DNA of 37,682 nucleotides from Moniliella sp. 'wahieum'. Its lineage: Eukaryota. The DNA lies in assembly GCA_003971905.1 (NCBI GenBank), contig RSEE01000033.1, positions 620,001-657,682 of the forward strand, in the 5' to 3' direction. The translations under genes were made by a program, and so were the position numbers. Shown here piece by piece: positions 12,300 through 23,568 of the stretch (positions within the stretch are counted from its first letter, which is position 1; each line of letters begins with the position of its first letter). Below the pieces are notes generated by a model. The model made no database searches and was not told the origin of the DNA. It saw nothing but the letters and a program-made list of their open reading frames with translations.

Positions 12300-12700
12300 T
12301 TAGGTGTTGGGGTTCATGCGACGCTTGCCGTTGGGCGCCAGGGTGGCGTTCACAAAGCTGCGATACAGTCAGCATGTATCCTACAAACAGGAAGCACAAA
12401 AGGGTACGTACCGGCGCGTGTAGAGCAGACGCTTCTTAGCGCGGCCCTTGGGCAGCTTTTTCTTCTCCTGAGGCTCGACCTTGGGCGTCTGGCCCTTGAC
12501 CTTACCGGCACGCGCGAGGGATCCGTGAACCTTACCCCTGTGGAAAGTGGTGGGTCAGTGCCTGATCATGTGCAAACCGTGGTAGGTGGGGAAGCGAACG
12601 GCTCAAGAAGAGCGGCGCGAGATGATCCCAATAGGACTCTACCGGTAACAGCAGGAGCCATCCCGCGTCGTCCTACTGGGGGTGCAGAGAAGACGTACAT
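12300..12700 (-). CDS. RPS30: 40S ribosomal protein eS30
   Basis: [61 protein letters not shown]. Introns 12538-12698 and 12358-12411, both GTACGT...CTGAC...CAG; stop TAA 12300-12302. Confidence 0.96.
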
Positions 12701-13011
12701 GTTGATGGACTTGTGGAGGCGATTTGGTGGCGAGTCGGACCTGGCGTTGTAACCGGCTGAGGCCAGCTCATGCTGCGAATAGTAGGGTTTGGGCGTTTTC
12801 TCTGCAGCCAGGATGTGCTGCGGCAGCAACCCTACATTAAAATTTCAGGCGCTGTTTTGGGGATCAGATTGATCAGACCCCAGAACCTTCTCTTCAAACG
12901 TCACACGTGACGTCACGCTTCAGTTTCAGCACTGCCAAACCGTTTTTAGTCTAACCCTTGGCAACTCTGGTTGGCCCACACACAACACAAATCCTCCCTG
13001 CCACCCCAACC
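12701..13011. promoter_or_regulatory. Bidirectional promoter shared by RPS30 and RPS10
   Basis: About 310 bp between divergent ATGs. TAGGGTTT (12783-12790), AAATTTCAG (12840-12848), CGTCACACGTGACGTCACG (12899-12917). Confidence 0.6.
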
Positions 13012-13523
13012 ATGATCCCCAAGGACAATCGCAAGAAGATCTACTCGGAGCTGATTCAGGAAGGCGTCCTGGTCGCACCCAAGACTTTGAGACCGCTCAC
13101 CCTTACCTCGAAATCCCCAACTTGCAGGTGGTCAAGGCCGCCCAATCGCTCACGTCGCGTGGATACCTTAAGACCCAGTTCAGCTGGCAGTGGTATTATT
13201 ACACGCTTACTCCCGAAGGATTGGATTACCTGAGGGAATACCTGCACTTGCCTGCTGAAATTGTACCGGCGACCCACAAGCGACCGGCGCGCCCGGCTCG
13301 CGCGCTGCCTCCGCCGGTACACCTAGTGCCTACCGCCCTCCTCGCCCCTCGGGTGCCGGAGAATACCGCCGCAGGAAGCGCCCGCGGGCGACTACCGCCC
13401 CCGTTTTTCGGGTACCCGGGCGTGATACGGTACTGCGCTCAAAGCTGGATGGCTTCCCCGTTGGGCACCGTTCGGACCGCCGTGTCTTATTACCTCCCTC
13501 TTCCCGAGCGTCGGGTGGGCTAG
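13012..13523 (+). CDS. RPS10: 40S ribosomal protein eS10
   Basis: [11 protein letters not shown]...EGVLVAPK...[56 protein letters not shown]...EYRRR...GDYRPRF. Frameshifts present; conserved part ends near 13425 and the true stop is uncertain. Confidence 0.95.
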
Positions 13524-13749
13524 CCCTTAGTGCCCAACGGCTACTGTCCTGTTTGTATACTGTTCCGGGTGTCGCATATGCTGTCATGATCCTTTATGGT
13601 CGCATTTGTGTACGCTGTTGTTACTCGCGTGTAACATGTATACCTGTACTGTCAACCCTCCAAAGTGTTCGTAGTTGACTGTATACAGCTCAGTGTATTT
13701 TACACAAAATGGCGGGGTGTTGCTTGATATCTTCTATCCCGAGCATGAT

Positions 13750-14262
13750 CTACAAATGTACAGTACGCATAGCTTCCTTCCAGGTCCGACAATGGGCGTG
13801 AGGGGAAGGGGCGGCGGAAATAAGAAAGATGCCCGTCACTTTGGGCATACGCTTACACCGCGTCAAAATCGATCGCGTCCAGTCTTTTGCTTTCGGGTGT
13901 TCATCCTGGCGCTAGGGACGGAATCAGTTCCCCGAATAGCTCGTCTTCTCCCCACGCCAAAAGGATGCGACCGTCGCGATGAGGCCCAAGCCGCCAGTTC
14001 CAATCAGAAGCTCTTGCACTTGAAGCGTTTGCGGTTGAAGGTTCCCGCCTGTACCAGTCGTGCACCCACTTCCAGAATCGGAAGAAAAAAAGTGGCAACA
14101 GCGATAGCAACCCATGCACATGCCCATTTCGCCCAGCGAGCCGAGCCCGTGATGGGTGGCGGGGGGGACAGGACGCTGTGCATTATACTGATGGCGGTGA
14201 TAAGACAAGGGCCCACCGTCCAGAGTCTTGAAAGTTTGAACACTGACGGTTGCACCGACCAT
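13750..14262 (-). CDS. Possible small membrane protein divergent from ERB1
   Basis: Joining three minus-strand frames gives hydrophobic segments (WTVGPCLITAISIMHSVL; WAKWACAWVAIAVATFFLPIL; LLIGTGGLGLIATVASFW). Requires several assumed indels; no family recognised. Confidence 0.3.
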
Positions 14263-14338
14263 GTGCCTCGCCTTTTGTTGGCACACCTCTCCACACCACA
14301 TAGCTTTTCTTTTCTCTCGTCCAACCCGCTGCCAAACT

Positions 14339-17073
14339 ATGTCCCTCGCACGGGTCGATGGCAAGCGCAAACGTGTCCGCGAGCCAGTATCCGCTCCCCC
14401 AATCAAGGAGGATGTGAAGGACGTGTTGGGACAGACCGAGTCGGGCGAACTGGACCTGGCTGATGCAGGCACCTCGTCGGTGGAGGAAGCAACAGAGGCC
14501 GACAATGAGTCTGCTTCGGACGTCGAAGCATTGCCTGAGATTGACGCAGCCCCGCCGGATGATAAAACAAAGACATCGGGGAGTGCTTCAGATGAGGAGG
14601 ATGAGGATGACGGATTTGATTCGGAAGACATTGACAACTGGGACGGTTCCGGCGAGGAAGGGGAGGATGACCGGTTACGCGCCCTGGCCGAGGAGGAGGA
14701 TGAATCATCCGGGTCTGCCAGTGGGGAGGAGCCCGCCCCCGGATCCGTTGATGAAGCTTCCCTAATTAAATCACGTCTGTCGCGTGCCATACAAAAAGCA
14801 CGTGGGGGCGCCAAGCCCGAGGAGGGTGAAACGGAATACAACAAACTTGGTATTTGTCATAGTTTGGCTGATCTCGCTCCCATTTCCAATTTCTTCGTCT
14901 CGAGCGTCTCGCTCCTTCCCTGTTTTCTTCCACTTCGCACCATGTCCTCTGTTCTTGCTTCTTCCCCACGAACGATTGCTACACCCCTTGGCCTAGTCCG
15001 ATTCTGGTCTCCCTCGCCTTAGCCCCGACTGTGCTAACCCGCTGGGCTGCAACCAACATCGACCCTGCAAAACAAAATCCTGATGGGTCAAACAAGGGCG
15101 TGTTTACAGTGAGTGAGCTGACGGGTATACCCAAGCGCGTTTACCCCCAAATTGAACCTGAGTACGATTCGGATTCGTCTACAGAGGAGACGACGAACCG
15201 GATCGGGAATGTGCCCCTTGAATGGTACGATGATCTTCCCCACATTGGGTACGATGTGAATGGGAAAAAGGTGCTTCGCCTGGCCCAGGGGGATGCACTC
15301 GACAACTTCCTCGCCATGGTGGAGGACCCCGAAAGCTGGATGACAGCAGAAGACAAGCGCACGGGCGGTCAAGTGCGTCTGAGCGACTAGGAGCTAGACA
15401 TTATCCGTCGCTTGCAGAACTCAGAGATCCCCGATGCTTCCTACGATCCTTACGAGCCTACTGTCGAGTGGTTCACCGGCAAGGGGATGGAGATGCAAAC
15501 GCCCATGACGGCACGGCCGGAACCAAAGTCACGCTTTGTACCATCCAAATGGGAGCACAAGAAGATCATGAAAATTGTGCGGGCAATCCGAGAGGGAAGG
15601 ATTGTCCCGGCCACCAGCGCAAGAACGGCCTGAGTATTACGACGTATGGGAGAACGAGCAAGCGCGAGAAGACCACCCGATGCACATGCCCGCTCCAAAG
15701 CTCGCTCTTCCTGGCCACGTGGAAAGCTACAGCCCACCCGCCGAATACTTGCTGGACGAGGTGGAACGTAAGGCCTGGGAAGAAGCTGTACCTGAGGACC
15801 GCAAACTTAACTTCCTCCCGGCCAAGATGAGCTCGTTGCGGGTCGTACCGCGGTACGAGAACTCTGTCAGGGAGCGGATGGACGCTTGGACCTCTATTTA
15901 GCCCCACGCATGCTCAAGCGTAAGGTTGATGTGCCAAATGCGGAGGTAGTTCCCTGCACCCAAGGACCTTCGACCCTTCCCTACTATCGCAGCAGTCGAG
16001 TACAAGCATCCTTCTTCGCCTCGTGTGCGAGCAGCTGCACTTGACCCAACGGGTGCCTGGGCCGCTACCGGCGCCAAGGATGGTCGTGTTCGTCTGTGGA
16101 ACTTGACGACCGGACGATGCGATGCCGTACACGATTTGCACGCCTCTTCGGCTAAGGAGGACCGGACACCCGTGTATTCTCTTGCATGGTGCCCTAACAC
16201 AAGTAAGTCTCTTCTGGTTGCTAGCACCGTGGGCCGGATCGCAGTCATCGCCCCGCGGGAGGGCAATGTTGGCTTCCCTGCAACGACCAGTGAGTCGTTT
16301 CAATATGCGATTCAAGGCTTCCCCATTGGCGACGAGGAGAAAGATGAGCGCGCGTCTGCTGAATGGGTACGTCCAGCCAACGCTGAGCGCGAGCGTGGAA
16401 TCGCGGTCTACATCCACATCCCGGGCACAGCGCGCCAGGTCGCCTTTCACCCCAAGGGAGACTACTTCGTCACAGTGGTGCCTGATGCAACGCGGGGACG
16501 GGCAGTGTTGGTACACCAGCTGTCGCGGCACCGATCGCAGGCACCGTTCCGAAGGGTGGCCAAAGGTCGGCGGTCCAGCGCGCCCTGTTTCACCCCACTC
16601 GACCCCACCTACTGGTCGCGACACAGAGGTATGTGCGGATATACGACTTGGCGCAACAGGCGTTGGTGCAAACTCTCCAGACGGGGCTGCGCTGGATCTC
16701 GTCGTTGTCGGTGCACCCGAGCGGCGAACATGTGCTGGTCGGTTCATACGATCGCAAACTGCTCTGGTTCGACCTTGAACTCTCGACACGGGCGTACAAA
16801 ACGTTGCGATACCATTCTCGGGCGGTGCGGCAAGTGGTCTTTCACCCGTCCCTGCCACTCTTTGCGTCGGTCGCCGACGATGGCCACGCCCATATCTACC
16901 ATGCTACGGTTTACTCAGACTGGGCTCAGAACGCTCTGATTGTGCCACTGAAGATCTTGCGTGGCCACCAGATCAAGCAAGGGCTCGGGATCCTCGACGC
17001 CATGTGGCATCCTTCCAAGCCCTGGCTTATCACCGCCGGTGCCGACGGCATTGCCCGTCTCTGGTCCAACTAA
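14339..17073 (+). CDS. ERB1: Ribosome biogenesis protein Erb1/BOP1 (PeBoW complex, WD40)
   Basis: Acidic N-terminus; [96 protein letters not shown]40 end [14 protein letters not shown]...YHSRAVR...[12 protein letters not shown]...[15 protein letters not shown]. Intron roughly 14850-15050, many indels, in-frame TAG at 15388-15390. Confidence 0.96.
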
Positions 17074-17530
17074 TACACGATCCTAAGGATAATCGTTTGC
17101 ATTGTGTTTGAGTCCTGCATGAACGGATGTGAAGTGTATACATATAATTCTGCTGCACTACTACAGTAATACAGAAAGAAACCTGGAAGTAAAACATGCT
17201 CACCTTGGGACTACATGTGATGTGTCTAGGTAGCACCTCTGGACATGAGGTTGCATATAAACTGGATGTGTATAAGTTGCACCGAGGCATGACGTTGTAT
17301 ACAAAGGATTGTGCTAGTGTATATAAGGACAACGCCAAACAGAATGAAGATGACTTTGGCCAGAGCAGACCTTTGCAATCCACTGAAGGGGCATACAAGC
17401 AGGGGGCATACAGAGCAACCGTTCCGGGAGTAGAAATGGAGGTTATGCGTGAAGTCGTGAAGCCGGAGTGGCGATATCAGTGGGGGATAATATAGAGAGT
17501 GAGAGGACTCGAGTTAATTCGTGACCGACT

Positions 17531-19404
17531 CTAGTAGTTGTCCGGAGTAACAGAGGGCTCGGGCGTCTTGTCGCCAAGCGACGATTCAGCCGTATTGTCC
17601 TCCATGAGTTTCTCCTCTCCAATCTTCTCCATATCTTGGGCAGTGACCAAGGTGGAAATTTCACCCTGGACCAGAGCACGACGAGAAGTGAAGCCAGGAG
17701 GGCACCATGTACGGCTGTTCCAGGCCTTGCAGCTGGGATCGTGGTACATCAGGTCGACTTGCTCCAGGGTGAGGCCTTGGGTTTCCCGGACAAAGAAGAA
17801 AACAAGAAGAGCATTGACAATGTTCCAAGCGGCAAAGATGAAACCGTAGGCTGTAAGAGAATGGTGTTAGTGGGTTGAACATACGGCCAAGAGGGGCGAC
17901 GATAGACATACCATAGCCAATGTTGCCTGTAATAGGTTGGGTGAAGAACGCCAGAGCGAAGTTCCATGCCCAGTTGGTGGCCGTCGATAGGGCAGCTTGC
18001 TTTGCACGAGTACGCGAGCCAAAGTTTTCACCGCACCATACCCATACTGCAGGAGACCAAGTGCAAGCAAGGCAGAAGACAAAGAAGCAACCGGCAACGG
18101 TCATCAGATCGCCAACGCCCTTGGAGAGGTGGGGTTGACCCATGATGCCGCTCTCGTTACCAGCGACACCGGCAATAGCAAAGACAAAGAGCCATAGGGA
18201 GCATCCCAGCGCACCGTAGAATAGAGTGTTGCGGCGACCCCACGCTTCCACCATCCAGAGACCAGGGGCAGTGCAGACAAAGTTAACGGCACCAAGGATA
18301 ATTTGGGTGACATATGAGTCCTTAAGACCGGCGTTGGCAAACACCTGATTGCCGTAAAAGAAGAAGTCTGGGAGAAGAATCAGTCAGCACGAGAACGATG
18401 CGGAATAGGATCGATATCAACGTACAGTTACCGCCGCAAAGTTGCTGTCCCATCTGAAGTGCCATGCCCCATGTCCGGAAGCAGGTTGAGTTCTCGAATT
18501 TGAAGCAGTCAGCCCACGTGGCCTCGGAAGCGTTGCTAGCCTTTTCCTCCTCAATGGACTGAATCAAGTCATTGTACTCGGACTCAACTGAGGATCGTGG
18601 GCGTCAACGGATACACCATGCATCACAGCAATTGCCTTTTTGGCCTCGTCGTACCGGCCCTTTTGCGCGCTAATGGTGGGCGACTCGGGCGTCAACATCG
18701 CAACAGCACCCTGGAGCATGGCAAAAACAAAGCCGATGGCGGCCAAAACCCGCCACGATGCCGAATCATTGTTGCCTGCGTAACGGGTACCAATGGCAAT
18801 GGCGTAAGCCAATAGAATACCAAGGGTGGCAAACTGGAAAAAGCCGCCCATCATGCCGCGGATTTGCCGGGGCATCAGCTCCGATTGGTACACGGGAGCA
18901 AGGGCAGAGGACATGCCAATGCCATAACCAGAAACCAAGCGGCCAATGCCGAATTGAACCCAAGAGTTGACCGAAGCAACCTTGATGATGCAGCCAATGA
19001 TGATCCAGAGCGCAGAGATTTGGACACTGTGCTTGGTCCCCAGTCGGTTTTGCCAAATGTTGCCAGTAAGACGCCGACGCCGCATCCAATGGACATGAAA
19101 CCAGTGATCAGGCCCTGAAGCCAAGGCGACCAAGCCTTTTGGTACTTGCCATCGGTATACGTGACGCGCCCGTGGCAAAGCGACGCTGGAAGTCTTCCAT
19201 GGGGTACATACCGGCCATAATACCGGTTTCATACCCGAACTGTTCTCATCGACACACACGTGAATCATATCAGTGCGATGTTCTTGTTTGGCGCTAATGC
19301 GGTAGAAGAAAAGGAAGAAAAATGCGTACGTTAAGACCCGCGCCAATGGTCACCAGTGTGACCAGGTGGACCATGATGCCGACGGAAGTGCCTCCGAGTT
19401 TCAT
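17531..19404 (-). CDS. MFS sugar porter (hexose transporter family)
   Basis: FGYETG, GRLVSGYGIG, YQSELMPRQIRG, SWR, PESP, QQLCGGNYFFFYG, VEAWGRRNTL, NWAWNF and PETQGLTLEQVD. Introns 19240-19329, 18368-18425 and 17851-17911. Confidence 0.93.
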
Positions 19405-20381
19405 GATGAAAGCAGCGGAGCTAATCGAAAAAATGTAGGAGAGGGAGAGGGGAGGAAGGGTGGACCTCAAGGAGGTGATTGGCGGTGGTAGTGCGGCGGT
19501 GGGTTGTAAGAGAAGACTGTGCTGGGGAACGAGGGAAAAAAGAATGAGAGGTGCGTTCGAGACGCTCTGTTTTATACTCCAAAATTACCAGGACAACAAG
19601 CGAGGGGCGTTCTTTGTGCCAGATCAACAACTGGAAGCGCTATGCCAGTGCGTCGGTCAACGCCAACCACCGCCGCCAGTGGTGCGCGGCAAATAGCGAC
19701 TAGACAAGAAGTGACTACTGGCTGGCCAGTGGCAGGTGATTTTGCCGTGACAGGTGCCACGTGACAATGCAGCGGACTACTGAGACAGGTACTGGGTTCG
19801 GTCCCACAACGGCACAGCTTGGGCGCGGAGGCGGTCCGGGGAATCCAGCGGAGCCCCACTATGCTCCGGGTTTTACGTCTCAGACCCCAAAAGCCTCTTT
19901 GAGAGCTTTGCCACTCTATCCCGGTTCGTTCCTACTCTGCTCCTGCACACCCGCGATTGACTGCGGCGTCAGTGCGGATAGTAGGTACAGGGAGCTGCAA
20001 CATCGAGCCACCCCGCCACACCCCCGAAGAAGGTCTCATTTGGGTGAGCGAATCAAACCGCAACAGCCGCGGCTCAAGGTGAGTGTCCAACGACCAAGGC
20101 TCACAATGGTTGAAGATCCCCATGCGACGTTCTGTTGATCGATCATCGATCATCGAGCGATCATCTGCTGGGCCTTACTTTCGGACCTCCTGCCACGGGA
20201 CCAGTGTCGTAATGTGGCCCACTGTACAGGTGTCTCATCAATTCCGCCGGCACACCGGCTGTAACATGTAGCAAAGCAGGTAACATGTAAAGCAACTGAT
20301 GGCCATCGGTCAACGACCGTCCATTACCTGCATTACCGTCTGACAGACGCAGTCCCAGTGGCGAGAGATTCACTGATTACT

Positions 20382-20422
20382 AGTGACTATCACTCGTCAC
20401 TAATCACTAGTCACTAGTCACT
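20382..20422. repeat. Tandem heptamer array AGTCACT with an inverted copy
   Basis: AGTGACT (20382-88), then CGTCACT AATCACT AGTCACT AGTCACT (20395-20422). Confidence 0.85.
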
Positions 20423-20905
20423 TATGAAATCCAACAGTTTCTCTAACAGTGCCTGTGAAGCGACCCTTGATGACGAACAGTGATTGACTGCTCCCGCGGC
20501 GATGGATGTTTCAGTTCCCCACGGGATCGGCTGTTTTCTTTTGCACACTCACATACTCACATGTGTGCCCATACACACTCAACACACACATGGAGCGACA
20601 TTCGCACGTGGGACACCGCAAAGAGCGCGTAGACACATATGGTAGCGAATTTTGCATGGCCTTCTTTCGATCCACCGAGGTGGAGAATATTCTTGGGATT
20701 AGGATTTGGGAATGAATATGATCTCCTCTCCGGGAAGCAAACCAGCAGGTGGGGTTAGGTACAGAAACAGGACAATCGGGAAAGGGCCAATAGCAGGATC
20801 GACTTTTAGCTCTTAGCGCTAGCGCTTTAATATCACCAAACTATACGCGGCCTGGATGAGCCCATGGACATCTCGGAAAAAGTCCAAGGGGAAGAGCATT
20901 CGCGG

Positions 20906-21206
20906 GTTGAACGTGGAACGTGGAACGGTTGAACTCTCTTAACTCAAAACATTGTTTTCCGTACTTCGACTAGCTACCAGAAGTAACTCCTACTGAACGT
21001 TGAACTTCAACTCAGTGCACTCAGTCTGAGTACTGAACTGGTACTGAAACTGAACACTGAACTCAGTACTCAGTCTGAGTACTCAGTTGAGTGCTGAGGC
21101 GCTGAGGCAGACTGAGGCTCAGCGCGCCTAGCGCCTAGCGCTCACATGGCGCTCACATCTCACATGCCACATACCGCCTGCCACGCGCCACGTGTCACAT
21201 GTCACG
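20906..21206. repeat. Composite cluster of 7-bp quasi-palindromic tandem repeats
   Basis: GTTGAAC GTGGAAC GTGGAAC (20906-26); ACTCAGT ACTCAGT (21061-74); GCTCAGC..GCCTAGC GCCTAGC (21117-39); TGTCACA TGTCACG (21193-206). Confidence 0.85.
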
Positions 21207-22782
21207 CGTCAAGCCTTTGGATTCGTTCCTCGCATGGAGACAGTATCGATCGGTGGCACCTTGTTCGGATGTCTCTGTTGCACCGCCGGCGGATTTGAAC
21301 CTTGTGGCTTGCGACCGGCAACAGCCGGCGACCTTTGAGGCCGTGTTCACCGGTCACCAGTCACCGGTCACGCGGTCACGATAGGTATCGCACTATAGCA
21401 TACGCTGCCGTTCTACTGTCCCAGCAGGCCCCCGACAGCGTGCAAACATCATTAGCTCACAGTGGATACGGAGCTGGCACATATTGCACGAGTTGCGCGC
21501 TCGACGCCTGGGCCAAATCTCTCCAACGCACAACGTCCAACGTCCAACCCTCTCTCTCTCACCGACCTCACCCATACTCAAGATGAGGAGATGGCCCAAG
21601 CGCGGATTGGGCCACCATTGCTCTAGTCCGGGGGAGGTGGGGGGCGAACCGGAGCGAGAACACTACTGTTCCTTGCGCCATCCCGTCGAAAGATAAGGCC
21701 TAAGGGGTGAAATTTGAAGGGTGAAAAGGAAGCTTCCTACCCTGATGAGGCCTGAACCATATACTGACCCCCCCCCCCCCGCATTCTGTTGTGCCTATAC
21801 GGGCCGGGCCTGCCGGGCCACACGCCATTTCGTTTCCTGGCACCCATCATCGATCATCGGATGTGTACTTAGCCTACCTGCCCCGCTTTCCTCTGCACCC
21901 TGTCTCGGCTCCGCCCACCCACAGGAAAGGAAATCCAAGCAATCGTTCCATTTCCCAACACACTACCGCGCCTTCTTCCTCCCCAGTAACCAAATCACCG
22001 TGTCTGTGTCATGGGCGGGCCCCAGCCTGTGGGGGCCCGCTCTGAGGGGATTTCATGTTACAGGTGCAATCTCGAGAACGGAAGCGACATGTCTGTGCCT
22101 GGGCTTGTCGGTGGGTCCGAGCGGGAGGTTATAGTTTGGACGAGTGTCAGGCGAATTGAATATTGACCGGTGACCGGTGACCCTCTAAGAGTCCAGTCTT
22201 CTTGAAGCTTAGCGCTTACTAGAGCTCCGCGCTCCCAAACCCAACTAAGTATTATTTTGTTACGAGCGTGTGGAGCGGTTAAACTAGTATGTCTGGTGGT
22301 CCGTGGAGACACACTCGCTTCTTGCCGGTGTGGAAGGCGGAGGGAATGAGAGTGAGGTGGTTGTTCCATAGTCAAGAAAGGGGAATCTCAACAGAGGAGA
22401 AAGACACCAAAGGGAGAGTCAGAAAACATGGCCTGATTGGAAATGTTGGGGCATGCCGCAATCACGCCAACAGCAGAGCTGATTCCTACTATTTTCTGTT
22501 GTTACTCACACTAACGTTTCGTCCCCGGTGTTGGGTACGCAGCGCGGTAAGTGTTGAGTCTCCCCCCTCCCACCTCCGCCTTTTTCCCTGTCCTCAAGTA
22601 TGAACGGATCCAAACGTGTTTTACGACAGTGCCCCGCGTTCGGTGTCTACGCAGCCTTGCCTCTCATGAAAGCCACTCCTGCTATGCGCCTGATTGAAGG
22701 CATCTCCTTTTTGTATTTACTAGAGGACAACCGGGCCTACGGCCCGGTCAGCTTGGTGCTTGGTGCTTGGTCGCCACCTTAG

Positions 22783-23568
22783 CCACCGTTCCCCGTCGCC
22801 ACCTTAGCACAGCAACCTGCTGAGCTACATTGGCTCTCCACCATTCCATCCGCCCCGTGCCTCCGGCTCTCTGACAAGCAGATTCAGGTTGGTCTCCAGC
22901 TCCGCACGTTGTGCCGCTCCACGCGCAGCATGTGCAAGTGCGGCATGTCCTCGCTGGAGCACATCCTGACTGGCATCCGCACCCAGGCCAAGTTTGGTAC
23001 GTTGCATGAGGCAGTGCGGGAGCCCATTCTCCAACTCGTGCGCTCCATCCCTGGCACCCACATCCACAACGAACCTACTGTGGAGGAAGAGGATGGGACG
23101 AGGCGCGGGCGGAAGGCACAGGGCAGCGACTACCGTGTGATGGGGCCTGGAGCAATCGGAGGATCAGGAATGGAGGTGTACCACATGCTGCGCGACACGG
23201 AAACGCAGGAGGCGCAGAGCGCGTACCGGAGAGTGGTGCATGAGCACCGCGCCGCCTTTGTAACGCCGGGAGAAGGAGCTGCTTCGGCTGCTGGAACAAG
23301 CAGAGTGCGACAAGAACGCTAAGTACCCGGGACGCACTCAAGAGCCGTTTCGCCCCCTGGTTTTGACGACGCGAGGATACTACGGCACCAAGAGAGCGGG
23401 CAAGATGTTGCGCATTGGAAGGATTGGGCTACTGACTCTCAATGGAAATGGTTCCTCGCTCGGATGTCTACCATGTTCATCCATGTCCACAAGCGCTACC
23501 TTGGGTACGGGACCGGATGGCGAGCACCTGAGGGTCCCGATATCTTGGCGATCCCCCTGGTTCCTTAA
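22783..23568 (+). mobile_element. 5'-truncated, degenerate non-LTR retrotransposon fragment (C-terminal Zn-knuckle plus restriction-like endonuclease, CRE/Cnl1-like)
   Basis: HWLSTIPSAPCLRLSDKQIQVGLQLRTLC...MCKCG..LEHIL...LHEAV...NEP...GSDYRV; after a frameshift EQAECDKNAKY...FRPLVLTTRGYYG; then WFLARMSTMFI. This is the motif order of RLE-clade ORFs (WL..P, CCHC, RH, EP..R.D, K..KY, F.PLV..T.G). No RT domain in the window. Confidence 0.72.

Noticed and set aside
1045..17073. Pseudogenes or programmed frameshifting in RP and ERB1 genes
   Set aside because: Shifts occur in nearly all genes with no loss of protein conservation; sequencing indels are the simpler explanation.
19190..19211. Extra intron in the sugar transporter at a GTATGT
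   Set aside because: The unspliced reading GIMAGMYPMEDFQRRFA fits the family consensus, so it is coding.
21695..21760. Hammerhead ribozyme around CTGATGAG (21742)
   Set aside because: No GAAA correctly placed after a stem II, and stems I and III with the UH cleavage site cannot be formed.
21768..21780. C13 homopolymer
   Set aside because: Simple repeat with unreliable length in this assembly and no associated structure.
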